NCBI RefSeq assembly: GCF_009914755.1
Contig: NC_060929.1
Reading direction: 5' to 3' (one strand)
Length of the DNA: 64,000 nt
From: the human T2T-CHM13v2.0 reference genome, Homo sapiens
The notes under the pieces were generated by a model, which worked only from the letters and a program-made list of their open reading frames with translations, was not told where the DNA came from and made no database searches. Below are positions 1-21,910 of the stretch, one piece after another; position 1 is the first letter of the stretch; every line of letters starts with the position of its first letter. Both the position numbers and the translations under genes were made by a program.

Positions 1-250
1 ATCACTCATAGGTGAGAGTTGAACAATGAGAACACTTCGGTATAGGGAGAGGAACATCACACACTGGGGACTGTTGGGGAGTGTGGAGCAAGGAAAGGAA
101 TAGCATTAGGAGAAATACCTATTGTAGATGACAGGTTGATGGGTGCAGCAAACCACCATGGCACCTGTATACTATGTAACAAACCTGCACGTTCTGCACA
201 TGTATCCCAGAACTTAAAGTATAATAAAAAATAAATAAATAAATAAACAA
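1..250 (+). mobile_element. LINE-1 3' end (L1PA7/8-like) with poly(A)/TAAA tail, continuing off the left edge
   Basis: L1 3'UTR sequence ...aaaccaccatggcac...ttctgcacatgtatcccagaacttaaagtataataaaaa. Confidence 0.9.
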
Positions 251-253
251 ACA

Positions 254-508
254 GTCCAGGTGCAGCGACTCACGCCTATAATCCCATCACTTTGGGAGGC
301 CTAGGCGGGTGGATCACCAGAGGTCAGGAGTTTGAGGCCGGCCTGACCAACATAGTCAAACTCCGTCTCTACTAAAAACACAAAATTAACTGAGCTTGGT
401 GACGCATGCCTGTAATCCCAGCTACTTGAGAGGCTGAGGCAGGAGAACTGCTGGAACCTGAGAGTCAGAGATTGTAGTGAGCTGACATCATGCCATTGCA
501 CTCCAGCC
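254..508 (+). mobile_element. AluS, 3'-truncated (no tail)
   Basis: Alu dimer from ccaggtgcagcgactcacgcctataatccc to ccattgcactccagcct. Confidence 0.9.
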
Positions 509-749
509 TCCAGGTGTCCCTCACTATTAAAGATTTTAAAATACAATTAGAAATTAAAAATCCAATAAGTGGAGATTATAGTATTTCCAAGTGATGAAAT
601 GGGATACAATCCTGCCAAATCATTTTTTCCCAAGAATATTTAATGGTGTTGGGAAATTCTTAGGGAACAATGATAACTGAAAAAAAAATGACTCAAATAA
701 TGTAAATACACACACACATAGACCCAAATAAAAAAGACATTTTAGATGT

Positions 750-1055
<306 letters not shown>

Positions 1056-1059
1056 GCTT

Positions 1060-1160
1060 TTAAAATTTAATTTAATTTTACATTCCAGGATATATGTGCA
1101 GGATGTGTGGGTTTGTTACATAGGCAAATATGTGCCATTGTGGTTTGCTGCACTTATCAA
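1060..1160 (-). mobile_element. Short L1PA 3'-end fragment (older subfamily)
   Basis: atatgtgcaggatgtg..gtttgttacatagg..tgtgccattgtggtttgctgcac. Confidence 0.75.
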
Positions 1161-1760
1161 TCTTAATCTAGGAACAAATTAGCTTATTCCTTTTTTTGCA
1201 ACAGAGAAATCCTGGAGAGGACAACTATTATGGCCATTGGAATATGTCTTATTCCAAAAGTGTTGGGAAAATGGCACTATACTGGGAGGGGAGGGGTAAG
1301 AAGGGTTGACTCCTGGTTCTGTTTCCTCCTACTGTTCTTGCCTCTGTCTCAGTCCTTTCCTCTGTCTCAGCTTCCATGGCTGTAAAAGATTGGACTTGGA
1401 ATCAATGATCTCTAAGGACCTTTCCCACTCCAATATGTTAGAATTTCACGATCTCATCATTATAAATTTTGTGCCCAGGCATTCTAGCTAATTGGACTGG
1501 AAGGCTCACAATTCTTCAGTGAATTTGAACTCTGTGAAGTTATCTAGTTAAGTCACTGGAATACCCAAATAGATTCCGTGGTACAGTAATTACTTCTTAT
1601 AAAACTTTTTCAAGTTAACAAGATGATCTTGAGAAATCATACATAACTTCATACATCTTTTATTTCTTTTGCCCTAATATTTTTCATACACCTCCTTCTG
1701 AAAATAGAGGAAATACAGTATGTTGGTCTTTAAAACAAAAAATAAAACACATCATCTTTT

Positions 1761-6538
<4,778 letters not shown>

Positions 6539-6749
6539 AAACACCTCATCTTTTAAAACTCTCAATAACTTTCACAAAAGAAGGCTTCCTCAAATATTTT
6601 TTTTTCCTACAGATGCAGAAGCACTTAAAAAGCCATAAAAGGACACATTAATAATGAAAATTGGAATCATTTTGTATTTGTTTTTAAATGGGAAAAAATA
6701 ATTATTCATATTCAGTTGCTCATTGAAATGCCATCATTTTTAATTTTTC

Positions 6750-8996
6750 TTTTCTTTTTTTTTATTGATCATTCTTGGGTGTTTCTCGCAGAGGGGGATT
6801 TGACAGGGTCATAGGACAATAGAAGGGAAGGTCAGCAGATAAACAAGTGAACAAAGGTATCTGGTTTTCCTAGGCAGAGTGTTTGTGTCCCTGGGTACTT
6901 GAGATTAGGGAGTGGTGATGACTCTTAAGGAGCATGCTGCCTTCAAGCATCTGTTTAACAAAGCACATCTTGCACTGCCCTTAATCCATTTAACCCTGAG
7001 TGGACACAGCACATGTTTCAGAGAGCACAGGGTTGGGGGTAAGGTCATAGATCAACAGGATCCCAAGGCAGAAGAATTTTTCTTAGTACAGAACAAAATG
7101 AAAAGTCTCCCATGTCTACTTCTTTCTACACAGACACAGCAACCATCCAATTTCTCAATCTTTTCCCCACCTTTCCCCCTTTTCTATTCCACAAATCCGC
7201 CATTGTCATCATGGCCCGTTCTCAATGAGCTGTTGGGTACACCTCCCAGACAGGGTGGTGGCTGGGCAGAGCGGCTCCTCACTTCCCAGTAGGGGCGGCC
7301 AGGCAGAGGCGCCCCTCACCTCCTGGATGGGGCGGCTGGCGGGGCGGGGGGCTGACCCCCCCACCTCCCTCCCGGACGGGGCGGCTAGCCGGGCAGGGGG
7401 CTGGCCCCCCCACCTCCCTCCCGGATGGGGCGGCTGGCCGGGCGGGGGGCTGACTCCCCCACCTCCCTCCCGGATGGGGCGGCTGGCCGGGCAGAGGGGC
7501 TCCTCACTTCCCAGTAGGGGCGGCTGGGCAGAGGCACCCCTCACCTCCTGGACGGGGCGGCTGGCCGGGCAGGGGGCTGACCCCCCACCTCCCTCCCGGA
7601 TGGGGCGGCTGGCCGGGCGGGGGGCTGACTCCCCCACCTCCGTCCCGGACGGGGCAGCTGGCCGGGCAGAGGGGCTCCTCACTTCCCAGTAGGGGCGGCT
7701 GGGCAGAGGCGCCCCTCACCTCCCGGACGGGGCGGCTGGCCGGGCAGGGGGCTGACCCCCCAACTCTCTCCCGGATGGCGCGGCTCGCCTGGCGGGGGGC
7801 TGACTCCCCCACCTCCCTCCCGGACGGGGCAGCTGGCCGGGTGGGGGGCTGACCCCCCAACCTCCCTCCCGGACGGGCCAGCTGGCCGGGCGGGGGGCTG
7901 ACCACCCACCTCCCTCCCGGACGGGGTGGCTGGCCGGGCAGAGGGGCTCCTCACTTCCCAGTAGGGGCAGCCGGGCAGAGGTGCCCCTCACCTCCCGGAC
8001 GGGGCGGCTGGCCGGGTAGGGGGCTGACCCCCCACCTCCCTCCCGGACAGGGGGGCTGGCCTGGTGGGGCTGACCCCCACCTCCCTCCCGGACAGGGTGG
8101 CTGCCGGGCGGAGACGCTCCTCACTTCCCAGACGGGGTGGCAGCCGGGCGGAGGGGCTCCTCACTTCTCAGACGGGGTGGTTGCCAGGCGGAGGGTCTCC
8201 TCACTTCTCAGACAGGGCGGCCGGGCAGAGATGCTCCTCACCTCCCAGACAGGGTCACGGCCGGACAGAGACGCTCCTCACATCCCAGACGGGGCAGCGG
8301 GGCAGAGGCGCTCCCCACATCTCAGACGATGGGTGGCCGGGCAGAGACGCCCCTCACTTCCTAGATGGGATGGCGGCCAGGAAGAGGCGCTCCTCACTTC
8401 CTAGGTGGGATGGTGGCCAGGCAAAGACACTCCTCACTTTCCAGACTGGGCAGCCAGGCAAAGGGGCTCCTCACATCCCAGACGATGGGCGGCCAGGCAG
8501 AGACGCTCCTCACTTCCCAGACAGGATAGCGGCCTGGCAGAGGCTGCAATCTCGGCACTTTGGGGGGCCAAGGCAGGCGGCTGGGAGGTGGAGGTTGTAG
8601 CGAGCCGAGATCACGCCACTGCACTCCAGCCTGGGCACCATTGAGCACTGAGGTAACGAGACTCCGTCTGCAATCCTGGCACCTCGGGAGGCCGAGGCTG
8701 GCGGGTCACTCGTGGTTAGGAGCTGGAGACCAGCCCGGCCATCACAGCGAAACCCCGTCTCCACCAAAAAAATACGAAAACCAGTCAGGCGTGGCGGCGC
8801 GTGCCTGCAATCGCAGGCACTGCAGGCTGAGGCAGGAGAATCAGGCAGGGAGGTTGCAGTGAGCCGAGATGGCAGCAGCACAGTCCAGCTTCAGCTTGGC
8901 ATGAGAGGGAGACCGTGGAAAGAGAGGGAGAGGGAGACCATGGGGAGAGGGAGACCGTGGGGAAAGGGGGACCTTGGGGAGAGGGAGAGGGAGAGC
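6750..8996 (-). mobile_element. Full-length SVA retrotransposon (SVA_C/D-like)
   Basis: poly(T), SINE-R (~6765-7250), GC-rich VNTR (~7250-8520), Alu-like part (~8560-8930), short CCCTCT head; perfect 15-bp TSD catttttaatttttc at 6735-6749 and 8997-9011. Confidence 0.97.
7250..8520. repeat. SVA VNTR (35-50 bp GC-rich units)
   Basis: Repeated ggggcggctggccgggcggggggctgaccccccacctccctcccgga and cctcacttcccag units. Confidence 0.95.
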
Positions 8997-9694
8997 CATT
9001 TTTAATTTTTCAATGTTTTCTCTTTTACTGTAATTCAGCAAAATGATTTAATTATTTTTTTTTTATCTCTCTGCCTGATAATTTCATAAACTCTTTTTGT
9101 TTCAGAAGGATAATGACTCACCTCAGGTTTGGTGCCTGCTGGATCCTTTCTCCTTGAGATGGGATATTGTTCTATGATAATCTTAGTCCATGCCTTCCAG
9201 ATAAAAGAGGGAGTTTAATAAAATAGACCTAACCATGACTCTCTACTTTTCCAGAAGGGAGGTCTCATATCTCATCATGTTTTAATTAAGCAATAAGTTA
9301 GATGTCAAGAGCAATTAGAGTCTTGAAGGTCAAAGCTTGCTTAATTAAAGAATTAGAGAGGCCTCTTCTTATTCGACTATTTTGAAAGTACCAAGAGGCC
9401 TCTTACATCAACCTGGGAAGTCAAAGGAAATTAAGTCATAGCCAAATAGGCTAACACTTCGCATTGGAATTCAGACTTGGGTTTCCTCCTGCTAGGCTGC
9501 ATTGGACTCCACATAAGCTCGTGGTTTGATACATAAATTGAATATGTGGTCTTATGACCCAAAGTAGCAAACAGATAATGTTCTGAAAGTGCTATTAAAT
9601 AGCAGAGAATTTCAGTATTTGTTAGGTTTAAGTAGGTAGGAAGCAAAAGTTACAAAATATCAGACCTTTGATGTGGTTTTTTTTTTTCTTAGTA

Positions 9695-9878
9695 TTTTTT
9701 TTCAAGCATGGTCCTAGAAGCACCTTCATAAGAATCTTCTTAGGTACTTGATACAATGCAGATTTAAAGGCCCTACCCCAATTCATTGAATCAGAATCTC
9801 TGGGAATAAATTTCTGGAATCTGCTTTTTACTAAGGTCCCTAGATGATTCTTATGCACACTAAAGTTTCAGAAACTAT
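9695..9878. mobile_element. MER5-like hAT DNA transposon fossil
   Basis: aatgcagatt..gaatcagaatctctggg..tgattcttatgcacactaaagttt. Confidence 0.7.
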
Positions 9879-10449
9879 AGATCTAGTCCATTTTTCTCAT
9901 TTTGTCAACGCAAATCTAAGATTCGGAAAGAGTCACCTCTGCTAACCACTTTTGGGATCAAGATTATAACCCATACCTTCTTAGTTCATGTCTGTGTCCT
10001 TTTCCACCAACCAATCAGACTACAAAGGTGAACCATATAACCAAGCTTTCCTACTTCTATATTAGTAGGTATGCTTTGCATACCAACCTTGCCCGAAATA
10101 ATTTTCCATACTGTTTGTCATAATGACTGATAATATTCTGATATTCAATGCATGTGCTTTTAGATTTAAAAGGTATTAGCTTCTTCTTATGTCATAATCC
10201 TGAGGACCATTTCCCTTAAAATAGTCTTATTTCTTTGCTGTCGCCTTGCAATTATATTTCTATCATTAACATTTGCTATTTCTTTGAATATTAGCAGTCT
10301 GAGATATTTCTGAATTGAGAGGCTCATTTTCTAGATATCCCCACAATTGTGCTCCTTTTGAGACTACAACCTCGATTGCCAAGATAACATCAGCAATTGA
10401 GATGTAGCTGATCTTGTAATCTAAACTCATGCAATATAAAACTGAAGAA

Positions 10450-10610
10450 AGAGCACAGACCTAAGAGTTAGAAGACCTGGTTTCTAATCTTTTCTCAGCC
10501 ACTAACTCAATTTAAGCCTGTCATTTTCCTTTTGAGACCTTGTTTCCTCATTTGTAGAAGTCAGAACAGTTCTTAAAAATAGGCCCCTTTTCAGTTCTGA
10601 CATTCTATGA
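10450..10610 (+). mobile_element. MIR fragment
   Basis: gagttagaagacctggtttctaatc...tgtttcctcatttgtag MIR core. Confidence 0.55.
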
Positions 10611-11580
10611 AGGGAAGCTGGGAAACCAGGACCCTATGCTGTCATTAACTCACATTGTTCTTGAGAAGTGTGAAAAATTAGGAGATGCAAATATCTCTAA
10701 TTATATCAAGCTGCCAAAGAAACAGTTGTCAATGTATTTTATTATTTGGCTGGTAAGGAGAGCTCTTAAGAGCTGTTGAGTTCCCTGTGGTTATACGGGA
10801 AGAAATGAATGAACTCCTACAGGGGGTATTAATGAGGTTCCAGCATTTGTGTGGGAGGGCAGAGGAGACTTTAGGGAGAAAATATCTCCAGAGGATTTAG
10901 TCCATACTCTGCTGTTTCTGCAAAGGCTGAAGAGGCTAGAGAGGAGCAGACTCTCCAAAAAGCAGGGTAGAATTTCAGCTTGCAGTGCAAGAGGTTCAGC
11001 TTAGAACAAGATGTGCCTAAACAATTTAAGACAATTAAAGCATTCTCAAGGGACTCAAGAAGATATGCACGTTTGAATTTGGTTTTTCTTCAGTAACTCT
11101 ATGGTAAAAACAAAAACGAAACGACCAAACAAACACTCGGACAAAAAAAAAAAAAAAAAAAAAAAGGAAAAAAAAGCCTGATAGAAATGTGGCCATGTGA
11201 CCTGAGCACCTAATGATCAACAAGCTCTCCTGGGTGTCAAGGAAATGTGTGGGCCTGCAGACAAGTGAACTGGATTTGAATTTTACCTGTCATGTCTTAG
11301 CAGTATCTTTGTATGAGTCACTTTAAGACTAATAAGTCTTCCTTTCTATCTCTTAGACAGGAGTAAATAAGGCCTTTCCTGCCTCTCTCAAGTGGTGGAC
11401 AAGAAACAAAGGTGAATAGGAGAGGTAGGGATGGTGAAGTCATGTTAAACGTATTACTGCTCAAATGTAGAGACTGAGAAACAGTTTCTAGAGATAAATT
11501 AAATTGTAGTGCCTGAACGGCCACACTCCAAATGGGTGAACTTATGTGAGTCACTTGAAATTTCTGATCCTCTCTTTTCT

Positions 11581-17722
<6,142 letters not shown>

Positions 17723-17773
17723 CTGATCCTCTGTTTTCTAAGCTGAAAAATGGGAAAGAAAATTGCTAGCTAC

Positions 17774-18750
17774 TGTCAAAGAAAACCAGAGCTGTGTTGG
17801 GGCTCAGAATACGATAGCCCAAAGAACATTACTTTGGTATGCTGATTACTTTGACCTAAGGAGATTGGAAGGCCTCAAAAGCAAAGTCTGTCTGATCTTC
17901 TCCTGTTCTTCTGTCTCCCAACCATCTTTCTCCCCCTGAAGCAATTCACCAAAACCAAAATTACTCTTCTGCAAGGCAGTTCATAGAAATTAGAACCCCT
18001 CTCCCCCGAAGTCAGCCATAAAGCCAAAAAGTCGCTTCTCTCTTCTCCTTTCAAGACCCTCATTCCAGAGTAATCCTGCCCTATACCCAGAAAGAAGGAA
18101 TGTTACAGAAAGAAGTCAAGAAGAATCTGAACAGGCAGGCCTTGCTGGGTTTTCCCCCTCATTCTCTCACCTTTAAATTATATCCTTTTGTCCAATCACA
18201 TTTCCACCTGGCTGTCCATTCTTCACTAAACATAAGCATAAAAAAGGGCAGTTTTCTCTGGGTCCTTGGGTCTTCATTTCTGAAGGCTCTTGTATCAAGT
18301 AACACTTTGATTAAATAAAAGTGTTATGCTTTCCTCTTATTAACCTATCTTTTGTTATAGGAATGTCAGCTGTGACTCTTATTATAGGTGAGAAAACATA
18401 TCACACCTTTTTACCTGTACAGCTGGATAGTAAAGTGGTAAAAATAGATTTTATTCGGGACTAATAGAGGGAAGGAGTCCTTTGTATAGAACTGGGCTCA
18501 ATTCCAAATACAACATAGGCAACTGGGAATGTATAGCAAAGGGTGGGGGATCAGTGGATGACAAATTACTGAGAGGAAATATGAGAGATAAAAGGGAATT
18601 TTAGCTAAACTGACCTAGTGGGATTCTTGCTAAAGACAAGCCAGGTTGATCAAACATCACTAGGGATTGAGTTTGGTAGAGGATGAGAAACCCAATTAGA
18701 TCTCCTGGATAATCTGATATGAAGGACGGGGGTTCTGGCTAAACCAGACC
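17774..18750 (-). mobile_element. Old ERV LTR (MER67-like, tentative) interrupted by a younger LTR
   Basis: Starts tgtcaaagaaaaccagagctg and resumes at 18422 with gatagtaaagtggtaaaaatagattttatt. Confidence 0.45.
17795..18421 (+). mobile_element. Solo ERV1 LTR (MER39-like)
   Basis: TG...CA termini (tgttggggctcaga ... ctgtaca), aataaa near 18315, 4-bp TSD GCTG at 17791-17794 and 18422-18425. Confidence 0.75.
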
Positions 18751-19538
18751 TCCCTTCCTAGTAGTATGTGTGCGCCTGCATTTCTGATCAATTAATGGGT
18801 TTATCTCACTCATAATTTCATCATCTTTCCAATTCATTCCTTTGTATAATTTTTTAATTATATTTTTACTCTGAAGTATTACACAACTACACAAACATAT
18901 TTAAAACATAAATGGACAGACTAATGTATTATTATAAAATAAGATGTGTGTAACCATCTTGACCCATCTAGGTCAAGAAATAGAAATAAACACCACTCCA
19001 GAATCATCCTCCTTTTCACATTTCTTTATCGCTAATTTAATCCCTTTTCTCTCACAGAAGAAACCACATTCTGAGTTTTATAGCATTCACTCCCTTGACT
19101 TGTTTTACAATTTCACCACCTAAGCATGCATTCCTGAACACTACTGGTTTCGTTTTTTTAAATATAGCAGTATAATAAAGATACAATGTACATATCATGC
19201 AATTTGCCAACCTAAAATATATAATTCAATAGTTTTAATAAATTCAAAGAGTTGTACAGCCATCATCATGATTGTAAAACATTTTCTTCACTTTCTTCAC
19301 TGCCAAAAAAGCACTCACTTCCCATTTTTTTAATCCAACACCCCAACCCTTGAGAAAATAATCTACTTTCTGTGTCTGTAGATTTACCTTATATTTTTTA
19401 AAAGTGGAATCATACAATATAAACTCTTTCATGACTAGCTTTTCACTTAGCAAAATGTCTTCAAAGTTCTCTCATGTTTAAGCATATATCAGTACCTCAT
19501 TCTGTTTTATTGCCAAACATTATTTCACTGTGTAAATA

Positions 19539-19606
19539 CAGGTATACCTTGTTTTATTGCATTTCACTTTATTGCACTTTGCAGATATTACAGTTTTTAC
19601 AAATTG
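19539..19606 (+). mobile_element. Tigger1 terminal fragment
   Basis: TA followed by caggtataccttgttttattgc..actttattgcactttgcagata. Confidence 0.7.
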
Positions 19607-21060
19607 CCCCACAGCATGAAGCCTCTGATCCTACTCTGCAGAGTGTAGCCTTGGTCACGTGCATAGTCACCCTGGGATGCCAGTGGCTTTAGCAAGGCTC
19701 TCTCAAGTTTCTCTTTCCATGATCTTTCTGTTAAGCCTTCTGTCACTGTTATCACTCCAAGCTAATAGGCTCCACTAATTGCCAGCTAATTGCTCTATTG
19801 TTTTAGAAAATATTCTAGAACATAAATTAATCTGCAGTCTACTCTAATTAAATTTTGGCTTCTTTACACAGGTAGCTTTGCACAGGTAGTCTTTGAGGTT
19901 TCTTCTGACACCAAGAGGGCTCTTATATCTCTCTTTCCCTGGTTCTCTCAGGTAAACTAGCTGGCCTACAGTTTATCTTGTTGCTTTCATGGACCTACCA
20001 GCCTCCTCTCAATTGCTTATCAAAATCTCCATTGCTTCTGAGAGCACACTTAGACTTAAACTTTCAAAATAAAATCAATTCCCTTGGGAAAAACTTCAAA
20101 ACTGTTTATTCTTATAGCCTGTCTCTCCTCCTATACATACTCTCTTAACCACTGCTCCACAGCTGGAACAGTTATCTGCTTCTCTCAGATTGGCACTCAT
20201 GCATTACCAAAAGGATGGGCATTGAGTGTGATCAGTAGCCTTCAGTCTTCTAAGCTTGCCTCTCTTGACCTTCACTGTACAATCAAGCTAGGGCACAGGC
20301 AACCAGTATTCTGACCCTATCATATCAGGTGTATGGCTTCCTTCCTATAAGTGGAGGCTAGGTGGATGAAGAGAGCATCTGACCTCTCAACAATGCCCAT
20401 GTGGAATTTGTCTTCTGTCACATGGAGTTGTAGCACTGATGAGCAATGCTGGCAGGAAGCTGGAGGAAAAGGGAGCCCATATCCTTTGTAACCCCTACCT
20501 GAAGTGGAGCTTCTGTTGTGATGAGCTGAAGGAAGGAGGAAGGAGCAAGCAATGGTTGCTGTGTCATAAACTTACAGTCTTTACTCAGATTTCATATATT
20601 TTCTTGAATAAATATGTATTTATTTGCTGCATGCTCTTAGGACAATTTTCAGAGACTTTAAGTCGTTTTCTTTTTTTATATAACTGGTTTTGTCATACAA
20701 AAAGAAAGCCACTTTTCACCAGGGACCAGATCTGTAAAACTCCTCATGACCCCATTTCAGAAGTTGGATCCTTAGATTGTACCTATAGTTTTATTTTGAC
20801 TCTTTTTTGAACTTAATATAAATGGAATCTTAACGCATGCATTATTTGGGGGTTGGCTTCTTTCATTCACATTAGATTTTTAAGATTTATTCAGGTTGTT
20901 ACTGACAGATCTCAATTATTTATTTTTCCCTGCTGTATAGTATGCCATTCTATAAATTTTAATTTATTTAGCCAAGCTTTGGTTAATTTACATCTGCTGT
21001 GTTTTTATACTTCCATCCTGAAGCATATAAGCATGCATTTCTGTGTTATATGCCCTGAAG

Positions 21061-21910
21061 TATTATAGTGTTTTTCTATTATATTATTTAAGAATATTCA
21101 GTTCTACTTTAGGAAAAAAAGAAAAACAAATAAGAAGCTTAAAAGTTTGTGACACATATTAGACCTACACAAAGTAAAGAGAAATGTGTGCTAAACATAT
21201 GTAGAAAAAGTTGGAAGACCAAGCTAAATATTCATAAGGTACCTGAGATCCCAAATACTCATGAAGCATATAGAGCACACAATATTTATGCTACACTAAA
21301 TATTCAGGATGCACATGAGGAGCCCAATATTCATGAGGTCTTAACCCACTTCCCATTGGTGGCACCCATTAAGGTCCCACACGTGCTCCATCTTTTCTGT
21401 GCCCCAAGAAACAGATAAACTCCATGTTAGCTCATCAGGCTAATTGGGTGAGCTCCAACTGTGTAGAAGTATGTTTGCCTCAACAATTTTCCCAATGAGC
21501 AAATGTGTGTTCAATTCAGGTGCCTTCCCTCTGCTGGGCCTCCTTCTTCAAACTCAGCTCTGGTTCTTGTAATTGAACCATTAACAAGACTGGTGTGGGA
21601 AGTGGAGAGAGAGAGAGAGAGAAAAAGAGAGACAGAGACAGAGAAAGAGAGACAAAGTGAGAGTGAGGGAGACTGAGGAAGACATAAACATTGTATAATA
21701 CAGGACTTAGGAAGTTCAGTACTTCCATCCCATTTGTGCCCCGTATTTCCCCTTATTACTGAGGTTAGTTTTAAACTGGGTCAATAAACCATATGGATTT
21801 AAGCATTTCAGTTTAGCCTGTGAATTATCGTGTTTCATGAGTTTTGGGATAGAATGCCTGATAGTGTACTTGGAGCCTACTATTGCAACGAGAGAGTTTC
21901 CTACATGACA
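21061..21910 (+). mobile_element. Ancient LTR-like insertion, family unassigned
   Basis: Interrupts an old L1 at 21060/21911; aataaa near 21784; ends ...catgaca. Confidence 0.45.

Noticed and set aside
7250-8520. Repeat array resembling a CRISPR array
   Set aside because: No unique spacers; it is the standard SVA VNTR in primate DNA.
6912-9041. Many overlapping Pro/Gly/Arg-rich ORFs
   Set aside because: By-products of the GC-rich SVA VNTR and Alu-like region, which has few stop codons.
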